A stretch of DNA of 63,098 nucleotides, filler included. It is 13 parts of 13 records of this genome, joined end to end, with 100 filler letters (N's around TTAATTAATTAA, not from the genome) between each part and the next. Parts side by side here need not be neighbours in the genome. Positions count along the whole stretch, not along the records: positions 15,518 to 22,549 come from SRR20825015_247; positions 22,650 to 26,085 come from SRR20825015_249; positions 26,186 to 29,710 come from SRR20825015_251; positions 29,811 to 32,632 come from SRR20825015_259; 9 more parts are not named here. One strand, written 5' to 3'. Below are positions 21,251 through 32,732 of this stretch, piece after piece. How positions within the stretch are numbered: the first letter of the stretch is position 1; each line of letters opens with the position of its first letter. The position numbers and the translations under genes were made by a program. The notes under the pieces are model-generated. The model had not been told where the DNA came from. It was given only the letters and a program-made list of their open reading frames with translations, and did not search any database.

Positions 21251-22506
21251 TTAGCAGTCGGAAGGACGCTCGTATAGAGGCGGGACTCCGGGGCATTTCT
21301 CCGCCATGTGTGCGTAGGGGGCCTTCGTGTTGTAGCCAGGGAGGTCCACGCGAACCAAACCCATCATCTGACAAAATTGAGAGTCGGGATCGGCATCAAC
21401 GCACTTCTGAGGTCTCTTGTACTCGGTATCGAAGATCTTGAGTGTGTACGTGTCCCAGTTGGTCATCTCAGTGCAGTTGATGTCATCAGCGAGATCGCCG
21501 AAGACACCAGCAGCCTTCCACATGCGGCAAACCAACACGTCACACACCATCGAGTACCCATCGTTGTACTCCCACACGTCCTGCTCCGGCAGGACCACGA
21601 CATCGTTAAACTCCATACCCTTCTTCTTGGCATCGTATAAAATGTCGGTGGTGCGGGAAGAAGTCGATTCGGAACGGAACTGGAGGGCTTGGTTCCACAT
21701 GAGATCGCCGACAGCAGGCACCAACTTGTCAGCGAGAGGAAGCAAAGTCTCAACGAGCTGCGAAGAGAGGCAAGTAGAGAAGTTGTTGTCGGGGAGGCAG
21801 GGATAGTTCTGTGTGGCGGTGTCGATCCACGCTAACAGCATGTTGTGGAAGCCGTAGTTAAGTCCTTCTACAGTCTGGAACCAGTCGTACGCCGCTTTCT
21901 CGTCGAAGTTCTCGCGAGCTTCGGGGGAGAGTGGAAGGTGAACCACGTTGTATGAAGCAGCCTTGGCCTGCTCCACCCACTTCTTGTAGGGAGTCTTCTG
22001 AATACCATCAGTAGGCCAGTACGCCGAAGACGTCGTGCTCTCGCAAATGTAAAGCTCACCATCGATCCACAAGGCAATGGTGGTGTGTCCAGTGCCGGCG
22101 CCCATAGCCCAGGCAAGCATAGGGTCAAGTCCGTCCAAGCGAAGAATACCGAAGAAATCGCCAGAGTGAATCTCACTCTCGTCCAAGTCAACGATTGTGT
22201 TGCCTCTCTTGTGCATGGGCCACTTTACGTAGTCCTCCATGAACTTGATGTTGGCGTCGGCGGTTTTCGCGGGAACCTGGGCGTGCGTCAGCGCAGGCAC
22301 GAACATTTCCAAAGTTGAAACGACGCCCTTGACAACATCCTCCGGAGATCCGAGGAATCGGAAGACACGGAAGCCATGACTCTTCACGTCGTCCATCTCC
22401 GCGTCAGTCAAAGTGGAGGGGAGCTTCCAGTGGATCACATGGTCGCCCCGGAAGTAGACTGTCTTGAGGTAGAGACCCTCGCGAGTGGTGATGATGTAGT
22501 TGTCAC
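21251..22506 (-). CDS. Permuted papain-like (NlpC/P60, YiiX/LRAT-type) enzyme, last exon
   Basis: SGDFFG, GHTTIAL (His), YICES, GLNYG, MVCDVLVCRMWKAAG (Cys after His); splice acceptor ttctcag immediately upstream of 22506. Confidence 0.7.
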
Positions 22507-22649
22507 CTGAGAAGGGATGGGAGGGAGGTGAGGGATGGGAGGGATGGGANNNNNNNNNNNNNNNNNNNNNNNNNNNNNNNNNNNNNNNNNNNNTTAATTA
22601 ATTAANNNNNNNNNNNNNNNNNNNNNNNNNNNNNNNNNNNNNNNNNNNN

Positions 22650-22685
22650 GCGCGTCGCCTTTTTCGCCGAAGTTGTATTGGCCAT
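22650..22685 (-). CDS. rpsT: 30S ribosomal protein S20, N-terminus only
   Basis: Minus strand reads MANTTSAKKATR with a GAGAG SD; sits near mutM-ubiE as is usual in Rhizobiales. Confidence 0.85.
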
Positions 22686-22960
22686 GTAAGTCTCTCTTCG
22701 AATTCTGACGCAAGCTCCGTCAGTTGCGGTCGCCGTAAAAGGCCTCATTCGCTTTTGTGACGGGAGCAATTGATGAAGCTCATCGAGCTTTCAAATACTG
22801 TGGCCGGGCATATAAAGCGAAACCGACGATCCGTCAATGCGTAATCCCGCAAAATCGGGGGAAGGCGACGGAAGACTGAATCTGTGGTTGCGGCCGGCCA
22901 TTGCCATTGCCGCAAAGCCGCTTAAACTTGGCTGGCCCGCGACAAGCCACAGGAACCGCC

Positions 22961-23953
22961 ATGCGTGTCACCGTCTTTTCCGCCAAACCCTATGATGAAG
23001 ATTTTCTGAAGGCGGCCAATGAGGGCCGGCATGAGCTGGTCTTCACCGAGGCCGGGCTTCATGCCCCGACCGCGAAACTGGCCTCCGGCTCGAAAGCGAT
23101 CTGCGCTTTCGTCAATGACGATCTCGGCGCATCCACGCTTTCGGTCCTGAAGGATGTGGGGGTTCAACTGGTGGCGCTTCGCTGCGCCGGCTTCAACCGG
23201 CTGGATCTGGCCGCCGCCGACCGCCTCGGGATCGCCGCCGCCCGGGTGCCGTCCTATTCCCCTTACGCGATCGCCGAACATACCCTTGCGCTGGTGCTGA
23301 CGCTGAACCGCAAGATCCACCGCGCCTTCAACCGGGTGCGGGAGGGCAATTTCGCCCTCAACGGATTGCTCGGCTTCGATCTGCACGGCAAGACCGTCGG
23401 CGTGGTCGGCACGGGCGGCATCGGCCGCAATGTGATGCGCGCCTTTGCCGGCTTCGGCTGCGAGCTTCTGGCCTTCGATCCTTTTCCGAATGACGAGGTG
23501 GTGGCCCTTGGCGCGCGCTATGTCGGCAAGGAAGAGCTTCTCGAAAGATCCGAGATTCTCACGCTTCATTGCCCGCTGACGCCGGAAACCCGCCATTTCA
23601 TCGACGAGGATGCAATCGCGTCTATGAAGCGCTGTCGCATGCTGGTCAATACCAGCCGCGGCGGGGTGATCGATACCCATGCGGTCATCGAGGGGCTGAA
23701 ATCCGGGCGAATCGGCGCGCTCGCGCTTGATGTCTACGAGGAGGAGGACGATCTGTTTTTCCGCGACCTCTCCTCCACGGTCATCCGCGACGATGTGTTT
23801 GCCCGGCTCCTGACCTTTCCGAACGTGCTGATCACCGGCCATCAGGGCTTCTTCACCCAGGAAGCGCTCCACAACATCGCCCACACCACGCTCGCCAACA
23901 TCACCGCCTTTGAGGACAACGGCGCGGCGCTGCACCCGATCGGCAAGCGCTGA
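22961..23953 (+). CDS. ldhA: D-2-hydroxyacid dehydrogenase (D-lactate dehydrogenase LdhA type)
   Basis: CAFVND, ALRCAGFN, RVPSYSPYAIAEH, GVVGTGGIG, LDVYEEE, TGHQGFFT. Confidence 0.9.
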   Translation: MRVTVFSAKPYDEDFLKAANEGRHELVFTEAGLHAPTAKLASGSKAICAFVNDDLGASTLSVLKDVGVQLVALRCAGFNRLDLAAADRLGIAAARVPSYSPYAIAEHTLALVLTLNRKIHRAFNRVREGNFALNGLLGFDLHGKTVGVVGTGGIGRNVMRAFAGFGCELLAFDPFPNDEVVALGARYVGKEELLERSEILTLHCPLTPETRHFIDEDAIASMKRCRMLVNTSRGGVIDTHAVIEGLKSGRIGALALDVYEEEDDLFFRDLSSTVIRDDVFARLLTFPNVLITGHQGFFTQEALHNIAHTTLANITAFEDNGAALHPIGKR

Positions 23954-23958
23954 GGTCC

Positions 23959-24846
23959 TCAGCCCTTCTGGCAGGCCGGGCAATAGAAGGTCGAGCGGCC
24001 GGTCTGGACGGCGCGGGCGATCGTGCCATTGCAGCCGTCGTGCCGGCAGGGGGTGCCGGTGCGGTCGTAGACCGAGAAGGCGTGCTGGAAATAGCCGAGC
24101 GTGCCGTCGGTCTGGCGATGGTCGCGCAGCGTCGAGCCTCCGGCCTCGATTGCTTCCGCGATCACGTCGCGAATGGCCGGGACGAGGCGCGTCAGTCCCG
24201 CCCGCGGCTTTCCGGCCGGGGAAACGAGATGGCCGGCGGCGCGGAACGGCGAAAGCTCCGCCCGCCACAGCGCCTCGCAGACATAGATATTGCCCAGCCC
24301 CGCGATATTGCGCTGGTCGAGAAGGGCGGCCTTGATGCTTTGGGTCTTGCCGGCAAAGCGGGTCGCCAGATCATCCGCGTCGAGGCTGTTGCCCGTCGGC
24401 TCCGGGCCGAGGCTCTTGAAGCTTGCATCCGCCTCAAGCCCGGCGCGCGCGACGAGTTTCATGAAGCCGAAACGGCGCGGGTCGTTGTAGATCACACGGG
24501 CCTGGCCGTCATTCAGGTGGAACACGACATGGTCATGGGTGGCTGCGGCGTTGCGCGGCAGGTGAAAATCGCCGGGGGTGTCGACCGCGCTATCCTCTTC
24601 CACGCGATAGGAGCCGGACATGCCGAGATGGGCGACGATCGTCATGCCGTCGTCAAGGTCGATCAGCAGATATTTCGCCCGCCTTCCAAGCGCCACGATC
24701 CGTCTGCCCTGCACGGCTTTCGCGAAATCCCTCGGAAAGGGAAATCTGAGATCGGCGCGGCGCAGTTCCAGCTTCTCTATGATGCGGCCTTCCATGGCGG
24801 GCGCAAGCCCGCGGCGCACGGTTTCGACTTCCGGCAGTTCCGGCAT
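23959..24846 (-). CDS. mutM: Formamidopyrimidine-DNA glycosylase
   Basis: [34 protein letters not shown]-terminal Zn finger. Confidence 0.97.
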   Translation of the reverse strand: MPELPEVETVRRGLAPAMEGRIIEKLELRRADLRFPFPRDFAKAVQGRRIVALGRRAKYLLIDLDDGMTIVAHLGMSGSYRVEEDSAVDTPGDFHLPRNAAATHDHVVFHLNDGQARVIYNDPRRFGFMKLVARAGLEADASFKSLGPEPTGNSLDADDLATRFAGKTQSIKAALLDQRNIAGLGNIYVCEALWRAELSPFRAAGHLVSPAGKPRAGLTRLVPAIRDVIAEAIEAGGSTLRDHRQTDGTLGYFQHAFSVYDRTGTPCRHDGCNGTIARAVQTGRSTFYCPACQKG

Positions 24847-25019
24847 GGTATTTTTAAGCCTTTGGCGTTTCGCTTTTCCGGGTTTCGGTTTATAGCCGCA
24901 ACGGCGTCTGTTGTGTATCGCTGCGGCAGACCCGATATTAGGCCCGATATAGCAATTCAGGTCGGGCTGAGAAAGCCGAAACGGGCAGACGGAACATCTT
25001 CAAGCGTGAGGTGCGTAAA

Positions 25020-25796
25020 ATGACGGATAGCCGGACCACCGCAAATGGCGGCATGGAAACCTCCTTCGGCTTCAAAAATGTCGCCGACGGCGACAAGCAG
25101 CCGCTCGTCAACGACGTGTTCCACAAGGTCGCCAAACGCTACGACATCATGAACGACGTGATGTCGGCGGGGCTGCATCGGGCCTGGAAGGCCGGCATGA
25201 TCGGGGCGCTGAACCCGCCTGCCGATCCCGATTATCACGTGCTCGACGTTGCCGGCGGCACGGGCGATATCGCCTTTCGCATCGTCGATGCCTCCAAGGG
25301 TCTGGCCCGCGCCACCGTGCTCGATATCAATGGCTCGATGCTTGCCGTGGGCGAGGAGCGCGCGCAGAACAAGGGCATTGCCGAAAACCTCACCTTCGTC
25401 GAGGCCAATGCCGAGGAATTGCCGTTCGAGGACAAGACATTCGACGCCTATACGATCGCCTTCGGCATCCGCAACGTCCCCCATATCGACAAGGCATTGT
25501 CCGAGGCCTATCGCGTCCTGAAGCGTGGCGGGCGGCTGCTGGTGCTGGAATTTTCCGAAGTCGAGGCCCCGATCCTCGACAAGGTCTATGACCTGTGGTC
25601 GTTCCACGCCATTCCGCTCGTCGGCAAGGCGATCGCCGGCGATGGCGAACCCTACCGCTATCTGGTCGAATCGATCCGCAAATTCCCGAACCAGCAGGAT
25701 TTCGCGAAAATGATCGAGCGCGCCGGGTTCTCGCGCGTAAAATTCACCAATTATTCCGGCGGTATCGCTGCCCTTCATTCCGGCTGGAAACTGTAG
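25020..25796 (+). CDS. ubiE: UbiE C-methyltransferase
   Basis: [35 protein letters not shown]. Confidence 0.97.
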   Translation: MTDSRTTANGGMETSFGFKNVADGDKQPLVNDVFHKVAKRYDIMNDVMSAGLHRAWKAGMIGALNPPADPDYHVLDVAGGTGDIAFRIVDASKGLARATVLDINGSMLAVGEERAQNKGIAENLTFVEANAEELPFEDKTFDAYTIAFGIRNVPHIDKALSEAYRVLKRGGRLLVLEFSEVEAPILDKVYDLWSFHAIPLVGKAIAGDGEPYRYLVESIRKFPNQQDFAKMIERAGFSRVKFTNYSGGIAALHSGWKL

Positions 25797-25805
25797 GCAT
25801 TCATC

Positions 25806-26085
25806 ATGGGCGCGCTTCGATCCTATCTTAACCTTCTCGGCGTCGGCTGGGTGCTGGCCCGCGAAGGCGTGATCAACGCGCTGCCCTCGGAAGGCCTGCC
25901 GCCCTATGCCCGCCTGGTGAAGACGCTGCTGGTGCCGTTCGCCCGGCCCGGCGCGCGCAAACAAGCGCGTTCCGACAGGCTCGGCAAGGCAATCTCGCGG
26001 CTTGGGCCCTCCTATGTGAAGATGGGCCAGTTTCTGGCGACGCGGCCGGATGTCGTCGGCGCGGGTTTTGCCGAGGATCTGGCGC
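25806..26085 (+). CDS. ubiB: UbiB, 3'-truncated
   Basis: LGPSYVKMGQFLATRPDVVG directly after ubiE. Confidence 0.93.
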
Positions 26086-26185
26086 NNNNNNNNNNNNNNN
26101 NNNNNNNNNNNNNNNNNNNNNNNNNNNNNTTAATTAATTAANNNNNNNNNNNNNNNNNNNNNNNNNNNNNNNNNNNNNNNNNNNN

Positions 26186-29100
26186 TTATTATTATTATTA
26201 TTACACAACAACGGTGAAGCTATCTCTGGTCCGGGTAGTGACAGGGGTGACGACATTATATAATTTGAAGTGGTAGATGATGCTGTCGTATGATGATGAC
26301 TGCCTCCTCGATTCTCAACCCATCGTTCGTTCATCAATCGATGCAGTAGATCCTCAATTGGACCAGGTGTGGAAAGAGATGGGTATTCACGTGGTGGGGG
26401 GCATACTGACTTATTCTTGGTAGAGGAAATGGTCGACGAGAATATTTCAAGTACTTGTTGTTGAAGGGCAATGATCTCCTTGGCGAGGGATCGCAAGGGC
26501 GCCATAGCGACGGCATACATACCTGATACTGGTGGCGAGGATAGGGTGGTGGTGGTGGGGAGTACAAAGGACCGAACAAGGGATGCCAAAGGTGGCGGGA
26601 CCTGGCGGTGATACTGGTTGAAACCAGATGATTGTTGTTGCTGCTGATGATGTACGTTGAAGTGGTGAAGCAGAGCTCTTTGTGTTGGACCATCCATGTT
26701 GCTGTGGGCGTACTCAGTTTGCTGAGGGCACACCACACCCCCACTGCAGCTAAATAACGCTATAATAACCGGCTGTGCAAACATGATGGAGAGATGTGTG
26801 TGGATACTCTCCACCGACCCAAAGGTAACAAAGCAACGCCCTTGGAGCAGAGAGAGCTTCGACAGTGCATATGCACAGATCTTGTTGTGGGTGTTGACGG
26901 GGTGCTGTTGGGAGGGGTACGCTAGATCCATCTCCGCCCTGTGATGTATACTACCACAGCCCCCTCCGCCGTCTTTCCTTCCAGATGACGCTGACTGTTG
27001 ACCTTGTTGGCTGGTGGTAGTCAAGAGGGACTCCCGCAGGTGTTGAATAGCAGTGAATGCGTGGATACCAGCACTTTGACGAAATACCAGCCCATTGAGC
27101 ACCTCCAACACAAAGGTACACAATCCCACAACGGTTGTTGGAGTATCAGAGGTAGATGTGGTAGGTGATGAAGGAAAGAGTAGATTGGTGATATCAGCTA
27201 CGATCCCAACAACAGCGGTGAGGGTAAGGATCCTACCAAGGAAGGGGCTCGAAGCGGCGGCGGCTGTAGCATCTACATCTATGGCGTTGTTGTTGTTGTT
27301 GGATATGGTATCGCCCCAAAGTACCTGTAACCCATTATTGATGCCATCCATGGTCGCAATGAACTCGTCATCGGACAACCAATTATAGGTGGGAGGGGTG
27401 TTTTCATTACTGTTGTTCCGGCTTTTATTGGCATGTGTCGAGGAGGAGGAGGTGGGTAAATACCCCGCCTCTAGTAGATACGGCAGTAGCACATTGCGGG
27501 AGATGTACAACAGGCGTTGAAGGGCATCATCATTTCCCTGTTGTTTCTGTTTATGCCGATCTAATATCACAGCTGTCGAACTTGTTCTCAAGTTGATGTC
27601 CAGCCATGCGTCAACAAAAGGTAGTGGTGTTGGTTGGGAGGTGCCGCCCAATGATCGAGGCGGTGGTGGTGTTGGCAGGTGGAATAGGAGGGAAGTAGTC
27701 CAGAAGGTAAAGGCATCTGCAGCATCGCGGCTCTCCTCTGTATCTTCCCCTTCAAGGGGTGCAAACACTTGAACTGCGGATGGTGTATATAAAAATGCAG
27801 ATAGCAGTTTAACAGCATGCCCGATGCCTATTAATATAGGCTTCTTCTTACCACTGCTCTGATTTTGGGGCCGTACTGATGAGGACGATGATACTACCAC
27901 CTCTACACACACTTCCCCAATAAAATCAATGAGTGTACGTAGGAGAGATAATGTAGTTGTTGTGACGGATCTAGCCAACTTTGTCATGACATGCTGCTGT
28001 TGTGTCAACGTCTCTTTGAGATCGGTATGATGCTCATCATGTTCGATACCACCATTCATACTGGAAGTTGATATGAAGGGAGCAATCCAGTCGAGGATGT
28101 GAGTTGATCGAAGTCGGTGGTGACCAGAGTTCCGAGCATGAGGATCGACTGCCACACCACCCGCATCGTGGGAGCGGAGGACCCACGCCCTACTAACATG
28201 CAAGCTATTATCACAGCTAGTAAAGTCGCCGTGCACACGTTGGCAGTTTTTACCTGTGGCATTGTACCACGTGATGACTGAATCATGGACACTAGTGAAA
28301 TGAGTGGGAGGGGCTGCTGTACCATTAGTCGTAATTATTGGAGTTACGAAGGAGTAGCCAGCAGGTAAGGTATGAGCACTGCGACTCTTATCCACAATCT
28401 TATCAAGACTGCCTACCTCTACTATTGCTGGTTGTTGTGTATAGTCATCATCTCCCGAAGCATATACTGTAGAGGTAGGTGGTGGCTTCATACTCCCCAT
28501 CAAGGTCAATAGTGTGTCAGGGTGGTACGCAACACGACTAACCACATACGACATGTTGTTGATGAAAACAGAAATACGCTGCAACACCATAGCGATACAA
28601 GAGAAGTTCTTGTTATCGATTGGGGAGGTAGTAGGGGTGATTGAGGGAGTGGATTGCTGTTGCGGCACCCCTATGACAACATCATCACTATATTTTATCG
28701 CCGCAGTATTATTATTATTTCCTTCGAATCCACCCCTAGGTAGGAGTGTATTGACGTAATGTCCAAGGTCCTCATCACAGTCGGAAGCGATCAGACGAGA
28801 TACGAAGTTGCTGTTATGTTGGTTGGTTCCAGTGCGAATGGTTTCACTCACCTCTATCATCAATTCCACTGCCTCGAGTGACTCTTTTCTCGAGAAGGGC
28901 AACTTACTGTCTGCGTCTGAATAGCTCCGCTTCTTCTTCGTGATGGTACGTTGGTAGGATACAAGACGTGCATACGCTCCCTGAAGCACATTGGAGGGCG
29001 CTGTAAGGTCAGAGTGGAGTGATATACACTGGGCGGCTGTAGGGGTGCAAGCTGAGCATGCATGTCGAATACGATACTCAGCTTGCATTGCCAACACGCA

Positions 29101-29709
29101 GCAAATATACCACTCAAGCGTCTGGGATCGTGCAGCTTCATTTCTATCATCCATAAGCCATGTAAATAGACCACAATCAAACCTCCTAGGCAACTCAATG
29201 GAGTTGTTCTTACTTGTCGAAGACGGTGGTGGCGGTGGTAATGGTGCTACTCCAGTAGTAGTAGTGATCAGAGGAGTACTAACGGTGGTTGTTTCATGGC
29301 CAGCGCTGTGTGTGAGGGTATCAGCAAACAGCTGTAATAGGCCACGAGGCAATACGACAGACATCTTGTTGTCCTGGAGGCATCTGGCATCTTCATATGT
29401 AGGTTGCATCCCCTCAAGATGGGTCCTCACCAGATGTACAAAAGTTGGATACGAAGTTGGAGTTGCTGCTGATGTTATTGTTGTTGTAGTTCCTTCTTTG
29501 TTTGATGCATGTTGGTCCCCAAACTGGTCTTTTTGTAATAATGCCTCCAAGGAGGCAATATTCTCAGAAATAGAGGTCGAGGGGAAGTTCATCAGGTGCC
29601 CAGGGACCAGGATGGTGGCGAGGTTGCGAAGCCACTTCGTCACATCTTGGGAGTAGGTGCCCCTCAGACCAGGGTATGTGCCTCTACAGGTCTTATCTCT
29701 CGTCCCGAA
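26186..29709 (-). CDS. Large intron-less eukaryotic hypothetical protein, open at both contig ends
   Basis: About 1170 codons without a stop spanning the whole contig; poly-T/S/N/Q/P tracts; no recognisable domain. Confidence 0.7.
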
Positions 29710-29810
29710 GNNNNNNNNNNNNNNNNNNNNNNNNNNNNNNNNNNNNNNNNNNNNTTAATTAATTAANNNNNNNNNNNNNNNNNNNNNNNNNNNNNNNNNN
29801 NNNNNNNNNN

Positions 29811-29988
29811 TGTGGCCGTGGGTGTCAAAACCGGCACCGGGGATAACCCGGTCTTCGTTAATCACGCGCAGCGGGCCCCAGCCCATCCGTTTCGGGTCGT
29901 AATAGTGACCGAAGGAAAAAGTGTGATGGGAGTCAAGCCAGCCAAACTGGGCGCGGCCACGGTCGGCAGATTCGATCTTGGTAATCAT
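29811..29988 (-). CDS. Pirin-like protein (YhhW type), 3'-truncated
   Basis: RG...GWLDSHHTFSFGHYYDP.RMG.GPLRVINEDRV.PG.GF.THGH. Confidence 0.92.
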
Positions 29989-30074
29989 GTTGGTCTCCAT
30001 CGCTGGGTTGTCGTTTGTTGGAGCCAGAATACGCTTTTCGATAGAAGTGACAATTATCGTAATAATGTGCATAC

Positions 30075-30093
30075 TGTCGCAGATTATGCGACA
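30075..30093. promoter_or_regulatory. Palindromic operator in the pirin/LysR divergent promoter
   Basis: TGTCGCA-GATTA-TGCGACA, perfect 7-5-7 inverted repeat. Confidence 0.6.
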
Positions 30094-30126
30094 ATTGTTG
30101 TGACCTTCGCCAGATGGAGTGTTCGG

Positions 30127-31038
30127 ATGGACAAGCTGGTAAGCTTGCAAACCTTTGTAAAAGTGGTTGATGAAGGAAGCTTTGCCGCCGCGGCACGTGC
30201 CATCGGGCAATCACGGTCCCAGGTTAACCGTGCTGTTATTGCACTTGAAGAAGACCTGGGCGTGCAGCTTTTGAACCGTACGACCCGTCAGGTTGCTGTC
30301 ACGCCAAGCGGGCGCGCTTTTTATGACCGGGCCAAGGCTGTTCTTGCCGATTTGCGCGAAGCAGAAGAAGCCATTCGTGAAAACCGCGCAACCCCGTCGG
30401 GGGATATTCGCATCAATGCGCCGATGTCCTTTGGCACCCTGCATCTGGGGCCTGCTTTGGTCGATTTTGCTCGTGAATACCCTGAAATACGGGTGGAGCT
30501 GGCACTTTCGGACCGGTTCATCGATCCGGTTGCTGATGGTTACGACATGACGGTGCGGATCAGTCAGCCAAGCGAGACATTGGCACTGATTGACCACGAA
30601 ATCATTCCGATGAACCGGGTTCTGTGTGCATCGCCGGAATTCATCCGAAAGCATGGCGAACCTGTATCGCCCCGTGATCTGGCAACCTTGCCTTGTTTGC
30701 ATTACGGTAGCTTGCCCGCCGGGTCGAGCTGGAAGATGACCGGACCGGACGGACCGGTTTCGGTGCAGGTGAATGGCGTGTTCTGCTGCAACAATGCCGA
30801 GGTTCTGCGTGATGCAGCCCTGGCTGATCTCGGATTGGCATTACTGCCGACCTTTATCGCCGGTCCGGATTTGCAAAGCGGCAATCTTGTCAGTGTTTTG
30901 TGTGATTATACCTCGCCAGAGCTTTTCCTGTATCTGTTGTATCCGCCCAGCCGGCAGTTATCGGCGCGTATCCGGCTTCTGGTTGATTTTCTTTATGATC
31001 GGTTTGGCGGGCAACCGCGTTGGGATCTGGTACAATAA
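30127..31038 (+). CDS. LysR-family regulator (CrgA/DmlR-like)
   Basis: MDKLVSLQTFVKVVDEGSFAAAAR, LEEDLGVQLLNRTTR, SARIRLLVDFL. Confidence 0.95.
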   Translation: MDKLVSLQTFVKVVDEGSFAAAARAIGQSRSQVNRAVIALEEDLGVQLLNRTTRQVAVTPSGRAFYDRAKAVLADLREAEEAIRENRATPSGDIRINAPMSFGTLHLGPALVDFAREYPEIRVELALSDRFIDPVADGYDMTVRISQPSETLALIDHEIIPMNRVLCASPEFIRKHGEPVSPRDLATLPCLHYGSLPAGSSWKMTGPDGPVSVQVNGVFCCNNAEVLRDAALADLGLALLPTFIAGPDLQSGNLVSVLCDYTSPELFLYLLYPPSRQLSARIRLLVDFLYDRFGGQPRWDLVQ

Positions 31039-31119
31039 TCTGCCTGTGGTGAAATCCGATCTCTTGCGAGGTCCGTACTGAGCATTAGATCTGGACAAGT
31101 TTTGGAACTGTTCAAGGAC

Positions 31120-31923
31120 ATGGCGGAATTCGATATGCAGACCCTGATGATTGTGTCGCACGGTAACAGTGGTAATGGCGGTGATCCTGCGGGAACACTG
31201 GCAGAAGCCGTCCGCGACCATTGGGCTGGTTTTGTGCACCATGGCTATATGCGCAGCCAGCCCTCGGTTGAGGATCAATTGGCAAAGCTGAAACGCAATC
31301 ACGCCGCCAGCGAACTGATCGTCTTTCCGCTGTTTTTCAGTGAAGGTTATCTGGTGTTTCAGGAATTGCCGCGCAATTTGCGTGATGCCGGACTTGATCG
31401 TGCGATCATTCTGCCGCCTGCAATCAATTTGCCCGGTTTTGCGGAGATGGTTTCACGTCATGTGAATTCTGCGATGGTGCGGCGTGGCTGGGATTGTTCG
31501 GAAACGTCGGTATTTCTTGTGCCGCATGGCCTGAAAACCCTGACCAAAGCATTGCCGGAAACCGTCAGGCTTGCCAATGAAGTGGGTCAGTTGTGCCCCG
31601 ATGCAGAAATTTGCATTGGAAATATCGAAGGGAACCCGTCCCTTCGCGATTGGCGGAAAATTGGCTCGCGCGAACGGGCTGTGATTGTTCCGATGCTGGC
31701 TGGCGGCGGCACGCACGCCACCACCGATCTGCCGGAAATGATTGCCGGGCAACCCGATGAAGCCATTGAGATACTTGATCCGATTGGCGAGTGGGCCGAA
31801 TTACCCGACTTGATCCTGAAGGAAGCCGCAAAATACGTCCGGACTGAAATGGGCAGGCCAAATCTGCGGTTAAGCGTGAATGCCAAAGACGGCCATGCCG
31901 CAAGCAGTGCAGCCATTGTATAA
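31120..31923 (+). CDS. CbiX/SirB-like class II chelatase-family protein (two-domain)
   Basis: Two repeats: VSHGN..VFPLFFSEG and VPHG..VPMLAGGGTHATTDLP. Confidence 0.75.
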   Translation: MAEFDMQTLMIVSHGNSGNGGDPAGTLAEAVRDHWAGFVHHGYMRSQPSVEDQLAKLKRNHAASELIVFPLFFSEGYLVFQELPRNLRDAGLDRAIILPPAINLPGFAEMVSRHVNSAMVRRGWDCSETSVFLVPHGLKTLTKALPETVRLANEVGQLCPDAEICIGNIEGNPSLRDWRKIGSRERAVIVPMLAGGGTHATTDLPEMIAGQPDEAIEILDPIGEWAELPDLILKEAAKYVRTEMGRPNLRLSVNAKDGHAASSAAIV

Positions 31924-31933
31924 AATGGCGTGA

Positions 31934-32632
31934 TCAGCCAAGACCCGGTTTGACTGTTGTTTCGGACGATTTCTTTAACAGATAGTCCCGGAATATTTTG
32001 GCCGAACTGGTCAGGGTATCCTCGCCGTCATGCACGATCAGCAACTGGCGTTTGGCCCAGCTATCGGCAATCGGCGCGCCGGAAATATTCATGTGATCAA
32101 TGTAACCGGCAACCGAGCTTTGCCGCAGGAAGCCGATGCCAAGTCCGGCGGCGATCATTTGGCGCAAGGAGCCAAAACGCATGACCTTGATATGCGGATG
32201 CATATCGTGATGCAGTTTGCCCGCCGCCTCGCTGATCAGGTCATCAATCACGCCGCCTTCATGCAGGGAAATGATGTCGTATTTTGCGGCTTCGGCAAAG
32301 GTAACCGGGGCCGGATTGGATGGATCGGGGATCAGCGGATGGCCCTTGGGGGTCACGACCCAGATCGGATCGTCGCAAAAGACGTGGTTCGACAAACCCT
32401 GACACGGGCCGTTATCGGCCATGATCGCCAGATCGGCGCGGCCTTCGCGGACGGCATCGGATGACTCGCGAGATGTCAGTTCACGGACATCGACGGTCAC
32501 ATCGGGGAAATCACGTTGAAAATCGGCCAGAAAAGCAGGCAGTCCGGTGAGGATTGCCGAGGTTACGGCAGCAAGATAAATCTTGCCCTTTTCGCCGGTA
32601 TTGAAATCGCGCAACTCGTTTGACAGGTGATT
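31934..32632 (-). CDS. LysR-family regulator, substrate-binding domain, 5'-truncated
   Basis: LPAFLADFQRDFPDVTV.VREL.S, ADLAI, MIAAGLGIGFL, DSWAKRQL. Confidence 0.9.
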   Translation of the reverse strand, partial: NHLSNELRDFNTGEKGKIYLAAVTSAILTGLPAFLADFQRDFPDVTVDVRELTSRESSDAVREGRADLAIMADNGPCQGLSNHVFCDDPIWVVTPKGHPLIPDPSNPAPVTFAEAAKYDIISLHEGGVIDDLISEAAGKLHHDMHPHIKVMRFGSLRQMIAAGLGIGFLRQSSVAGYIDHMNISGAPIADSWAKRQLLIVHDGEDTLTSSAKIFRDYLLKKSSETTVKPGLG

Positions 32633-32732
32633 NNNNNNNNNNNNNNNNNNNNNNNNNNNNNNNNNNNNNNNNNNNNTTAATTAATTAANNNNNNNNNNNN
32701 NNNNNNNNNNNNNNNNNNNNNNNNNNNNNNNN

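Noticed and set aside
15418-29810. Bacterial genes adjacent to eukaryotic genes as horizontal transfer
   Set aside because: Every bacterial/eukaryotic junction coincides with an artificial spacer.
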